Both the position numbers and the translations under genes were made by a program. DNA of 63,132 bases, filler included, from Welwitschia mirabilis (lineage: Eukaryota), in NCBI GenBank assembly GCA_051453625.1. It is 5 parts of one record of this genome, joined end to end, with 100 filler letters (N's around TTAATTAATTAA, not from the genome) between each part and the next. Parts side by side here need not be neighbours in the genome. Positions count along the whole stretch, not along the records: positions 43,486 to 61,239 come from JBOZIK010000001.1; positions 61,340 to 63,132 come from JBOZIK010000001.1; 3 more parts are not named here. One strand, 5' to 3'. This document shows positions 51,290-63,132 of this stretch, piece by piece. The notes beneath the pieces were generated by a model that worked only from the letters and a program-made list of their open reading frames with translations, had not been told where the DNA came from and did not search any database. How positions within the stretch are numbered: the stretch's first letter is position 1; each line of letters opens with the position of its first letter.

Positions 51290-54200
51290 AATATGTTTGT
51301 AAGTTTTCTTAATTTATTTATGAAAAATTATTCACAATAACATTATTAAATCCCTTTTTATCCTTAATTTCTAGATTAAACTCCTACAAAAGTAGGATAC
51401 ATCTGATTAATTTGGGATTTAAATCGCTTGTAAAAAATACATACATAAGAGTTGAGTGATCTGTGTAAATAATTATTTTAGAATCTAGAAGATATTGCTT
51501 AAATTTTATTAAGGTAAAAACTATGGAGAAAAGCTCTTTTTTAGTGATCATGTAGTTTACTTAAGTGTTACTTAAGTTTTACTTACATGATAGATTATGA
51601 TTGGTTTTTTATCTATTATTTATCCTAATGCAACTCTAACTACATAATCACTCACATAATTTCAAAGGGTAACTTTCAATTAGGTAGTTAAATGATAGGA
51701 GTAGAGGTAATTTTTCCTTAAGTTCATCAAGCTCTCATTGACACTTATCGGTCTAGTTAAAAGAAGCATCTTTACTTAGAAGATCATAAAGTGATTTGGA
51801 AATTTTACTAAAATCCTTAATAAACCTCCTATAATATCCTACATGTACAAAAAAGGGCCTAATATCTTTCTATTTTTGAGGAGTAGACAAGTGTATCATT
51901 AGTGAGACTTTCACAAGAACTACTTAAATCCATTCTAAAGAGATAATATGTTCTAATATTATGCCTTTGTTAACCATGAAATAACATTTTTTTTAATTAA
52001 GCATAAAACAATTTTCTATGCATCTGATAAAGATAAGTTTTAAGTTATGAAGACAATGATCGAAAGAGGCTTCATAGATAGAAAAATAATCTATAAATAT
52101 TTCAGTATATGAATCTAGTAAATCAGAGAAAATTCCAAACATACAACATTGAAATCTGGCGGAGGCATTATACAAACTAAAAGGCATTCTTCTATAGGCA
52201 AATATTTCATATCGATAGGTGAATATAGTTTTATCTTAATACATAGGGATGATTGATATTTGGTTGTACATTAAATACCCATCTAAAAAGTAGTTAAAAA
52301 GATGTCCCACAAGTTATTCTAAGATTTGATTAGAAAATGAAAAAGAGAAATGATCCTTTCTCAAGGATGTTTACTCTTTTATTGTCTATGCACATTTTCC
52401 ATTTAATCATAGGTCTAGTGAGCATATGTTTATTGTATTCATTTAATACTAGCATAATTATAGATTTCTTTACTACTATTTAGATTGGAATTATCAATTT
52501 ATTGTGGAGGACAGAGTAGATGATTTCCATTATCTAAGAGTTTGAATACTTCATTCTTCACTACCTCTTTCAAGGTTGGGTTATTCTTCATTGTGCTTCT
52601 ATAAACGGATTAAAATTTTATTATAAGTAAATATAATGCATGCAATTTATAGAGTCAATACCCCTAATATTAGAAAGGATTCATCCTTTTGCCTATTTAT
52701 GCTTTCTTAAAAGATTTAATAACTTAGTTTCTTAAGATGACGATAAGGAGGAATTAATCACTACTAGGAAGGTGGAATTATCTTCTAAGAAAGCATATTT
52801 AAGGTTGTCTGAAAGAGGCTTAACATCATTAGGGGATTCACCTTGAGTGATAGTGTATGATTCTTGTTCTTAAAAAAATCTAAAGCATCATCCTTATAAA
52901 AGTGAGTGGAAGATACTTGGTCATTAAAAAGGCTTTCTATCCTATTCACATGTTATGTTTTGTCATTGTTATATAAGGTAATTTCATGTTATTAAAAACA
53001 TTTATATCTATCATCATGTTATCAAAGGATATTTTTATCAAACCATTCCTATAATTAATTAAGAAATTTAAGGTTGCTAAAAAAGATATTTCTAAAATGA
53101 TAAGTACTAGTTAGTTTCTTGTGTTTTCCATGTCTAAAATCACAAAATCCACTAGGAAGTAACAACCAACTCCCCTAGTAATAACATCCTCAATAACTTC
53201 TAATTGAATCTAATAGAATTACTAGGAATTTGGAGTTATAATTTTATGTTTTTAATCCCTTTTAAGCCTAATTCTTTGTAGAAATTTTACATTTACTCCT
53301 AAATCTAAGAAGGCTTTATTTAGTTTCTTATGTCCTATGGTAATTATAATTGTAGGTCATATAGGGTTTTTGTTTCTAGTTGGAAAGTGGTTTTGAAAGA
53401 TCATACTTGTTTGCTATACTAAGAAGACTTTATGTTTTACATTCATATGCCTTCTCATTGTACACATATCTTTGAGAAACTTTACATAGGAAGAAGCTTT
53501 CTTAATGGCTTCTAAGGGAATGTTATCTATCTTAACTTTTTAAAAAATTTCTAAAGCCTCTAACTATTTTTTCATAATGTTATNNNNNNNNNNNNNNNNN
53601 NNNNNNNNNNNNNNNNNNNNNNNNNNNNNNNNNNNNNNNNNNNNNNNNNTTCGTCCTTGTCTCCTATCGGATTTAGTTTTTCATTTTTTGTGTTTAAGTT
53701 AGATTTTTTTTTTCAATTATTTTCCACTTTTAAGATAAAGGAATTTAGTTTCTTTGATGTGTATGGGCTCTAATCCTTTCATAAACCTAACTCCTTCAGT
53801 GTTTAGCTATGAACTCATAGGGGGTTTTCGTTATTTTCTTTGATTTAGGGAAGAGATAATCTATTAAAGAAATTGGATGTTAATTTAGATGGCTTGTTTA
53901 AGATTACTTAGGGCATAAGAGTATTACTTAGGGGTTATTTCATGATTATGATTGGTTTAGTATGATCACAGTTAATTTGGACTTAAGTGTCCATGAATTT
54001 TCTTAATGAATCTTCTAAGGAAGTGGATGATGAAGAGGGTTTTTAATAGTTTGATGGAAAGGAATGAGAGGATGATGAGAATAATGAATTTATTAGTTGA
54101 TAATTCTAATTTTAACTATATGAGTTATCTTGCTTCCAAGAAAAGTTGACATAATTCCTCCATCCAAAGTTATAGGTATTATAATATGGGTTTTNNNNNN

Positions 54201-57200
54201 NNNNNNNNNNNNNNNNNNNNNNNNNNNNNNNNNNNNNNNNNNNNNNNNNNNNNNNNNNNNNNNNNNNNNNNNNNNNNNNNNNNNNNNNNNNNNNTTCCAA
54301 GAAACATTGAGGTAATTCCTCCATCCAATGTTATAGGTATTAGAATATGGGCTTTTTTTTTCATTTTATCACTAGTATCTTACTACATTAGCTTCTTCAT
54401 TTAATGTGTTCTAAAATAAGGGAATGGATGGACCCTTAGTTATCTTATGGATATCTATGTGGTAGATAAAACATTTAAGTTCTATAATCAAAGATAAAGG
54501 TGAGGTGAATAATGATTTTCTTTTCTTGATAATTCATCTATCCTATTGTTAACTTCAAAATTTTTAGATATCTTAAACACACTTATGGACCTAATAGAAT
54601 GATGAGATCTATATGGCTCACAAAACTTCTCCTTGTTTATAAAGCTCTCAACTATGGTTTTAAGGTAGTCCTCAACTTTGTCTAATGGCATACTAAGGAA
54701 ACTACCCCTATTTATTATCTTTATCAATTACTTATTAATTAAAGACAACCAATTATAAAATATGCTAATTTTCCTCCCTATCTTAAATCCATCTTATGGG
54801 CATTTTTGCAACAAATCCTTAAACCTCTTTAAGGCTTTGAAAAATATCTCATGATCCCTTTGTTGATAATTTGTTATTCTCTTTTTAAGGCATTCATCTT
54901 ATGGTTTAGAAAATATTTGGATATGAAAGCCTTATTTAAATCAAACTAAGATCTAATAGATAATAGCTTGAGAGTGTAGAACCATGATTTAGCCTTTTCT
55001 TTCAAGGATAATGAAAAACGAGTAAGCCTAAGAGTTCTAAAAGTATTTGAATATTAAGGTATAGTTAATAATACATACTTGAATTCTTTAAGGTGTAAGT
55101 ATGGGTCCTTTAATTCTAAGCCATGAAAATAAGGTAATAACTAAATGATGGATGGTTTAAATTATAACCTTTGGACTCTAACAAATTGTACTATGCAAGA
55201 AGGGGTCCCCAAACATTAAGGTTAAAGGTAATTGCAAAAGGTCTATTTATGGGGATCATTGGTTACATTAGTTTAGTTTTTGGCTATTTCTTAGCTAAGG
55301 TAGAATGCACTTAATTAGTCTATTAGTTTTTTATTTAACCTGGTATGTTGAAAGAAAATTAAAAACTAGATTGGGTATTTGGATTTTGTTGTTGAGATGA
55401 AGAGGCTTGTTCTTTTTAAGTATTATCATTACATTGATTTTCTTGGGGGATTCCCTATTCCTCATTTCCTTTAGTATTAGGGTCCATGCTATTAAAGGGA
55501 TTTTTAATTAATCTACCTAATTCATCTTAAATCTAAAGCTTGTAATGTTTGGATGAGTTTTAGACAAATTCCAAGAAGGTTTCATATTGAGCCAAAATGA
55601 TATAATGTTTTCCAACTTTCAACAAAGGATTAGGAAAACAACTGAGATGTTTTAACACAGGAAATTAGCAACACTAATTAGGAAAGTTAATGGCACCAGT
55701 TTGAATTCAAATTATACTTTGAGAAAAATCTAGCAGAATCATCTTATTCACACAAAATAAACCAAGTTTCAAGGTAATAAAAACATATTAAAAAACAACT
55801 AAAAAAATCAAATTTTAAACCTCAGGGAAGAAAATCCTAAGCATTTTTCATTTTTAGTATTTATAGTAGTAGAATTACTAAATAAAAAATTAAGTTATTA
55901 AATTAAAATTACAAAAAGTAAAAGAAAATACACTAAAGAAGCAAGTTAGATTTTAGTTTTTCACCCTTAATTACTACCTTCAAAAACCTTATCAAGCCTA
56001 TAATACAAACTATTAATATGAAGTATAAATTTGGTTAAATTTAAAAAAATAAAGAAAATGCTAAAGTGCACTAGTTTGGATATCACTAGAAATGGATCAA
56101 TACCAACCATTAAAAAGAAAAGAAAAGAAAAGAAATAAATAAACAAAAGAAGTAGAATAATGGACCAATTTAAGTATCATTGAAGATGAATAGTATCAAC
56201 CATTGGAAAAATANNNNNNNNNNNNNNNNNNNNNNNNNNNNNNNNNNNNNNNNNNNNNNNNNNNNNNNNNNNNNNNNNNNNNNNNNNNNNNNNNNNNNNN
56301 NNNNNNNNNNNNNNNNNNNNNNNNNNNNNNNNNNNNNNNNNNNNNNNNNNNNNNNNNNNNNNNNNNNNNNNNNNNNNNNNNNNNNNNNNNNNNNNNNNNN
56401 NNNNNNNNNNNNNNNNNNNNNNNNNNNNNNNNNNNNNNNNNNNNNNNNNNNNNNNNNNNNNNNNNNNNNNNNNNNNNNNNNNNNNNNNNNNNNNNNNNNN
56501 NNNNNNNNNNNNNNNNNNNNNNNNNNNNNNNNNNNNNNNNNNNNNNNNNNNNNNNNNNNNNNNNNNNNNNNNNNNNNNNNNNNNNNNNNNNNNNNNNNNN
56601 NNNNNNNNNNNNNNNNNNNNNNNNNNNNNNNNNNNNNNNNNNNNNNNNNNNNNNNNNNNNNNNNNNNNNNNNNNNNNNNNNNNNNNNNNNNNNNNNNNNN
56701 NNNNNNNNNNCTTCCTGAGAAGATCTTGTGTTATTATCCCTAGTAATGGTACCAAAATCTATTTGTACATAGTATAGGGAACCAAAATAAACTAAGTGAA
56801 TACCTAGTATTATTCTCTTTACCTTGAATAATTGTGATGAACTTTATAAAAATTAAATAATTTTTACTAGTCTTACAATTACAACCTAAAGATTTAACAA
56901 AAGAGAGATTGAGAGAATTTTTTTAAGACTTCATTTAGAGAGGTAAGGAAGTGAACTATCTTCAAAGTTTAATTTAATTCATTCTCCTAGACTTCTTATG
57001 TCCAAAGATATCCTATGAATTCTTAAAAAAATACTTAAGCTATCAAGTAGTGATATACCATTGAACTTAAAAGTTACTTGATCCTTCATAGCCCTTAAAC
57101 AAGTATCAAAATTAAAGACATAAAGTGGTCAAGATCCATGAAATAAAAGAGACTTAGATCAACTAATTAATGAATTTACTTAGATAATAATATAACTTAA

Positions 57201-58119
57201 TTATTACTTAAGCATTATGAGTACAAAGTAATTTTAAAAACACACATTAGATCAATGGAATAAGTAAGACTAGTATGGATTCCTTAAGTTATCCTTGAAG
57301 AAATATCACTCTTAATTAAAGTACTCAGAAAGTCATGTCGACTTCATGCTTCAAGGGTTATTATACTTCATCAAAATAAAGGATGGTATAAATGAGGGCT
57401 CAAGGCCCTTTTATAGTTGATTATGGTATAAGACGTGATGACAAGCCTTTGGTTTGTAGCATTAGGTAAGTCATTACAAAATATGTCATCTAGCATTAGG
57501 TAGGGTTTTTGTCATCTTATAGGTGTAAATTATCATGACAATCTCAATACTTAGCTTCTAGATGCCTCTACTTCTATCAACTAATAATGTTATCATGCCT
57601 CTCCACTGTCATCCTATTCAATACTTCTACATGTCACTACTATCAGTCATCATAATTACCGCCATTTGTTATTGATGGCGCTAGTTATTTCTAAGGTGAA
57701 ATTTAATTAAGCCCATAACTACATTCTGCTAAATTTTACCTATGAAATCTAGGACATGAGATTTAAGATGTCATACTTTAAAGCACTCACAGTGTCAGTG
57801 ATCTACATGGTAGCATTGGTGTTTTAAACTAGATGAAGATCATATTCTTGCATGTCATTCAAAATGAGATAAATGTCCTAAAAATGTCATGGGAAGATGA
57901 CAAGTTTATAATTAATATTAAAAAGTAATAGAAGACATAATTTCATGATAAATTGGTTATATTAATATCTTTTGTTAATCTAAATTAATTAAATAACTTG
58001 ATTAGAAAGTCAATTTTTATATGTCAATAGTAGTGCAAGGCTTGAAACTTGTATCTCATAAATAAAATAGGAAAAATCTACTACAATCATTAATAAATGT
58101 GATGAAATTTATGTTATCA
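51290..58119 (-). mobile_element. Athila-like element A2: 5' LTR, PBS, gag, PR, RT, RNase H
   Basis: LTR 56760-58119 starting TGATAA; PBS ttttggtaccattactaggga; gag (FHGLELKDPYLHLKEF, NPYYNTYNFGWRN); PR KAFLDLGVNV (~53295-53320); RT MPFSLYNASARFQCCMFGIFSDL; RH LIRCILLL*EFNLEIKDKKG. Confidence 0.92.
56760..58119 (-). repeat. 5' LTR of A2 (family A)
   Basis: Homologous to 2675-4219; TATA ctataaaagg at ~57407-57416; right flank is copia integrase. Confidence 0.75.
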
Positions 58120-60948
58120 GTAAGGATTGGGTTCTTATAGGCCCAAATATATCACTATGCATAAAAATAAGAACATCTCTTAACTTGTTTTTCAATCATG
58201 GGAAATGGGATACTTGTTTGTGTACATTGAATACATTCTTTACATTTGGTTGTANNNNNNNNNNNNNNNNNNNNNNNNNNNNNNNNNNNNNNNNNNNNNN
58301 NNNNNNNNNNNNNNNNNNNNNNNNNNNNNNNNNNNNNNNNNNNNNNNNNNNNNNNNNNNNNNNNNNNNNNNNNNNNNNNNNNNNNNNNNNNNNNNNNNNN
58401 NNNNNNNNNNNNNNNNNNNNNNNNNNNNNNNNNNNNNNNNNNNNNNNNNNNNNNNNNNNNNNNNNNNNNNNNNNNNNNNNNNNNNNNNNNNNNNNNNNNN
58501 NNNNNNNNNNNNNNNNNNNNNNNNNNNNNNNNNNNNNNNNNNNNNNNNNNNNNNNNNNNNNNNNNNNNNNNNNNNNNNNNNNNNNNNNNNNNNNNNNNNN
58601 NNNNNNNNNNNNNNNNNNNNNNNNNNNNNNNNNNNNNNNNNNNNNNNNNNNNNNNNNNNNNNNNNNNNNNNNNNNNNNNNNNNNNNNNNNNNNNNNNNNN
58701 NNNNNNNNNNNNNNNNNNNNNNNNNNNNNNNNNNNNNNNNNNNNNNNNNNNNNNNNNNNNNNNNNNNNNNNNNNNNNNNNNNNNNNNNNNNNNNNNNNNN
58801 NNNNNNNNNNNNNNNNNNNNNNNNNNNNNNNNNNNNNNNNNNNNNNNNNNNNNNNNNNNNNNNNNNNNNNNNNNNNNNNNNNNNNNNNNNNNNNNNNNNN
58901 NNNNNNNNNNNNNNNNNNNNNNNNNNNNNNNNNNNNNNNNNNNNNNNNNNNNNNNNNNTCAAGGATGACCCAACTGTTTATGCCAAATCTAAAACTCATC
59001 TTCTTGGAATACCAAATAATGTGCAATCAACCCCCTATTCATCACACATTTGTAAAAATTATTGACCATCAATGATAAGTTAAGCATGTTTCCATCGTTT
59101 ATGATGTGATAAATTTCATATTTTAACATGAAAAAATATTCTTTTTTCTTTAATTATCCTAAACTTATTAAATTATATTGAATATTAGGAACATGTAACA
59201 CTTTGTTTATGATTAATGATTTGTTATTTGATGTGCTTAGCTTAATATATCCAATACCTTTAACTTTTGGTATATATCCTCCACCAAATCCAAGTATCCC
59301 ACCAATCATTTTTGAATATGATAAAAACATATGCTTTTCATTAGTTATATGTCTTGTGTGCCCACTATCAAAACTTCATTCTCCTTTATTTAATACAAGA
59401 TAAACTTATTCATTATTTTCCAACTACACATCACTTATATTTTCATAAGAATCTTTGTTATGGCATGTAAATTTTAATTGATTCATTAAATATTCTATAG
59501 CAATATATTTTACATCATTTTTTCCCCTATTATTCACATTGTAAATTTTCTTCCCTAACATGGACTTGTAATTCACCTTTTACTTCATTATAAATTCTTT
59601 GTCTTTAATTCTTGGCAAAGTAACCAACTCTTCTATAAGAGTAACTAGTCCTATATTTGTTATTATTTCCTCTTCCTCTTCCAACATTGTTTGATTCATT
59701 GTCTTTAGATGTATATTAGGTGTTGATATTATCACCCTTCCACCATACCCTTCACACCAATCCACTAAAGCAATTCCATTTTATTGATTTTGTTGTTGAT
59801 AAACAACATTATGGGAGATGGTTTGTTTTATATCATATGGATTTCAAGGTAAATTCACTTGAATAAATCTTTCAAAGCCTCTTTCTCTTTCAAACCTTCT
59901 TCTATTTCCTCCTACTAAATAAACTTCATTTATTTTAATTTTATTAGTGATAAAAAACATTAAGAAAGATGGTGTGGTCCTTATGGAATGTGGGACATTA
60001 TTATTATGGATTAAGAATGCTTCTTCTTAATTTTTTGATGTAAAGTATTCTAAATTAGTATTTGTCTTTTCTTGTTTTGAGATAAAGTGTTCTAAATTAG
60101 TGCCTTCTTTATTTGGTTTTTTTGTTTATTTGATTTTTAAAATCAACTTCCTTTTCAAAGTTCTCTCCTTATTTTTGTTGACTTTCTCAATGGGTTGTCT
60201 ATTAAGCTTTAATATTTCTTCAAAGTTTTGTTCTTAGATCTTCTTAAATAGGTATTATCAAACTTAATCAATTTTAACAAATCTCTTATCCTTTCAAATT
60301 TGATTTATTTGATCTTATATAATTAATTTTCCTTATATTTCAGCTTTGACACCAAAATATAGTATACAAAAAATACCACAATAAACATAAATTTTTAAGA
60401 AAAAGGTAATATGAATAATAATAAATAATTAAAATATTAAATCAGGTATAGTAGTAAATTGAATTTTTATTAATGGAATAATTCTAATTTATAATAGTGA
60501 ATAGTCACATAGACTAAGGGAATATGGATTGTCATAAAGACAATAGCAAGGAAACTTCCTCCTTCTTCTATAATGTTATGAAACCTCTTTTAATGGCACA
60601 TAGGCCTTAGAATAGGAGTTGAACCTCTTAGTATTGGTTAGCCTTCTTATTCTTTACTTTTCCTTCTCTTTCTCACTTCTAAATTCTTTTGAAAAATGAC
60701 TTCTTATCATATTTGAATGATTCAAAGAGTGTCTTTTTAAGGGACACATCTCTTAATTTGGAGAGACATCATTTAATGGTTAATAAATTAGTTTGTTTTA
60801 ATGTCTAACTAGGGCACCTAAGAAAACTATCATAATATCTTGCCTTTTTCCCTTTAAAAGATGGTTTTAAAATTGCCTTTTAGTTCAATTTTAAGGAGCT
60901 CTTTTTAAATGTTTTTAATTCAAAGTAGTTTTTAATCATACACCAACA
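58120..60948 (-). mobile_element. Ty1/copia element F, 5' half (LTR, PBS, gag-like region, PR, start of INT), interrupted by A2
   Basis: PBS tggtgtcaaagc (60343-60354); PR FDSGHTRHIT...FGGG...VKGIG...VLHVPNIQYNLISLG (~59150-59375); IWHKQLGHP (~58962-58988); CKEC and MHSDIFGPIRTQS (58120-58250); probable LTR ~60358-60948 starting TGTTGG. Confidence 0.85.
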
Positions 60949-61283
60949 AATAAATTATAGATTCTTAATCTATTCTTTATGACCTTTTACATAAGACCTT
61001 AATTGTTTAAAAATCGTTTAATAAGATAATGTACAAGGTTTCCAAAGTTGATATAGAAAGAAGATCAACCTAGAAATGAAGAGAAATGAGAGAGAAATGA
61101 TGAAATCTTCTTTTAATTTTTTTAAGTGGTAAAATTGACATAAAATGGTGTAATAATGATATGATAATAATGTAATAATGATTTGTTATTGGTATGGATA
61201 CTAAGGAGGGTCTTTATAGGTACTTTAGGATCAATTGTANNNNNNNNNNNNNNNNNNNNNNNNNNNNNNNNNNNNNNNNNNNN

Positions 61284-61295
61284 TTAATTAATTAA
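61284..61295. other. Artificial scaffold linker TTAATTAATTAA
   Basis: N44-linker-N44. Confidence 0.95.
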
Positions 61296-61339
61296 NNNNN
61301 NNNNNNNNNNNNNNNNNNNNNNNNNNNNNNNNNNNNNNN

Positions 61340-61865
61340 GACTCTAATCATCTTTTCAGTGACATTATAATCAATCCGAGATGTAATAAGATCTCCATTG
61401 TTGAGATCCATTTGCAGTGTACTCACATCAATTGAAGCAATAGAAGTGAGATTACCAATGTCTAGACCCATGTGTTTGTCATTTATATCATTGAATTAGA
61501 TGTCAAAAAAAGTGTCAAATTCAACTGCAATAACCTTATATTGATTGCCTATCTAAGTGTTGTTTATCAGACCCAGAAAAGNNNNNNNNNNNNNNNNNNN
61601 NNNNNNNNNNNNNNNNNNNNNNNNNNNNNNNNNNNNNNNNNNNNNNNNNNNNNNNNNNNNNNNNNNNNNNNNNNNNNNNNNTCTAAGTGTTGTTTATCAG
61701 ACCCAGAAAAGGTTAAGCAATTCTAATTGTCTAGTTATTAGAAACTAGTACAAATGCTAGACCTTTGCCACCAGAGGCTAGATTTATGTTTGAAATAGAA
61801 AATAAGAACCTAGTACTGAGATATGAATTTTCCTTCATGAATACTATGGGTTAATTACCATAGCT
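61340..61865 (-). pseudogene. Legume (L-type) lectin domain, LecRK ectodomain-like, with in-frame stops
   Basis: PIVF..SYLSTRFLFSISNINLASGGKGLAFVLVSNN*TIRIA*PFLGLINNT*IGNQYKVIAVEFDTFFDI*FNDINDKHMGLDIGNLTS...MDLNNGDLITSRIDYN; AVEFDT at 61511-61528. Absent from the ORF track because of the stops. Confidence 0.92.
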
Positions 61866-62379
61866 TAAATGCATAGTGAAACTTAAATGTATAGTGCATG
61901 TGAATAGCTCTTATATCTTCACTGAAACATGTTATATCTAGTTAGTTATGGAAAACATCTTTAGCTTAATAATGGTTAAAAATAGGATTCATCTAAATCA
62001 TTGTTTCTCCTTAATGAAACAATACTTATCAAATTTTGTATTGATGAGATTATCCTACTTTATAATTAAATATTATTTTCATTCAATTTGCATTAATAAT
62101 TTATGCCATAGGATTTCTTCATATGAAGCTCCTTATAACCTAATCAGTTTTCTTGTTAATTGTATCCAGGTTTTTTTTTTTAGTTGTTACTAATCTTCGA
62201 TCCTCTATTCCAGCCCATATATGACATTATAGTAGTTATACCAAAAGATGAACCAAAGACCACAATGCTATGCCTTTTGAAAGGCTAGTCTTCAGTGGTA
62301 TAAGGACATCACATTCTGATACCCAACTCTCTCAATGTTGATTGAACCATTGTGAATCATACATGTTGAAAAATGATTA

Positions 62380-63132
62380 CTAAGACAAGAACATATTATT
62401 AATAGTGCCATGTCATTAGTCTCCTCCAATTCTTCGTCCTTCATTATGGAAGGCTTATTCTTTTCCAATACAACCTTGCATTTCGTCTATGTCAAAATAT
62501 CCTTTGTTAAGGTCTTTCAAATCTGCTACTTCTCCAAAATTGTTTGTAGTTTCTCCATTGTATTTAGGAAACAAATTTTTGGATAGGCACTATGAAGATG
62601 CAAAATTAAAGATTGTTAAACCAAAAAGCTTCTTAAACTAAAACTTCCACTACCACTTGTTATCAAAATGAATTCAGCATAAAATGAGATGACTAATCAC
62701 AAATGGAAATGAAAAGCACATGGAATATTTAATGAGGTTTGGCCTCTTTTTAGCCTATATCCTTAAGAGAGTAGTGTAGAGCACTTATTAACAGTCAAAA
62801 TCTTAAAAGAAAGCAAATAGCCATAGGGAACATGACACATACACCCTCAATTCTTAACAGGTATATAAGAGAGAGATTGAGGGTAAAGTTGCAAATGAAA
62901 CCTAGATACCTCCTACCCATCTTATTATCTTTTTTTTAAGTTAAATTTATTTAATAACCATCCAAATGTGATTTTATAATCCTATCCACCTTATTACAAT
63001 CAAGTGGTATTAACATAAGAATATAATAAATAAAGAAATAAAATATAATTTGGCTTCACATGAGAATATCATATTTACCTTAATATAGAAAGGTTATGTA
63101 TATAATATAAGTACTTTGATACTAAGTTGTAG
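62380..63132 (-). mobile_element. Copia fragment G: 5' LTR (62658 to window end), decayed PBS, gag N-terminus
   Basis: U5-like ggatataggc...ggccaaacctcattaaat; LTR end ataACA followed by agtggtag; gag-like KDILT*TKCKVVLEKNKPSIMKDEELEETNDMA (cf. Tnt1-type KP..M.DE.W.E.D..A). Confidence 0.6.

Noticed and set aside
2675-58119. Giant inverted repeat (A1 vs A2) as the TIRs of a large DNA transposon
   Set aside because: Each arm is an LTR-PBS-gag unit; two diverged retroelement copies on different scaffolds
8131-59075. Long ORF-track entries composed mainly of X
   Set aside because: They only run through N gaps
26968-61295. Perfect palindrome TTAATTAATTAA occurring four times
   Set aside because: Always centred in exactly 88 N; a synthetic six-frame-stop scaffold spacer, not biology

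Overview
AT-rich, gap-ridden plant (angiosperm-type) heterochromatin made almost entirely of decayed, nested retroelements; I see no intact protein-coding gene and no RNA gene. Four artificial N44-TTAATTAATTAA-N44 linkers split the window into five scaffolds, so adjacency across them is unproven. Contents in order: the 3' half of an L1-clade LINE; at least three families of Athila-like Ty3/gypsy elements (my labels A, B and C/D/E, grouped by LTR similarity judged by eye); a Tork/Tnt1-like copia; an internally deleted Sirevirus (SIRE); two more copia fragments; and a pseudogenised legume (L-type) lectin domain lying downstream of a copia LTR-PBS-gag, which may be a captured gene. Most notable: (i) a ~7 kb post-integrase region in gypsy element B1 that appears to carry up to four accessory ORFs on both strands, two antisense and unrecognisable to me; (ii) the lectin fragment; (iii) an LTR flanked by both a PPT and a PBS (tandem elements sharing one LTR). 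All translations and alignments were done by eye, so boundaries are approximate unless a terminal motif is quoted.
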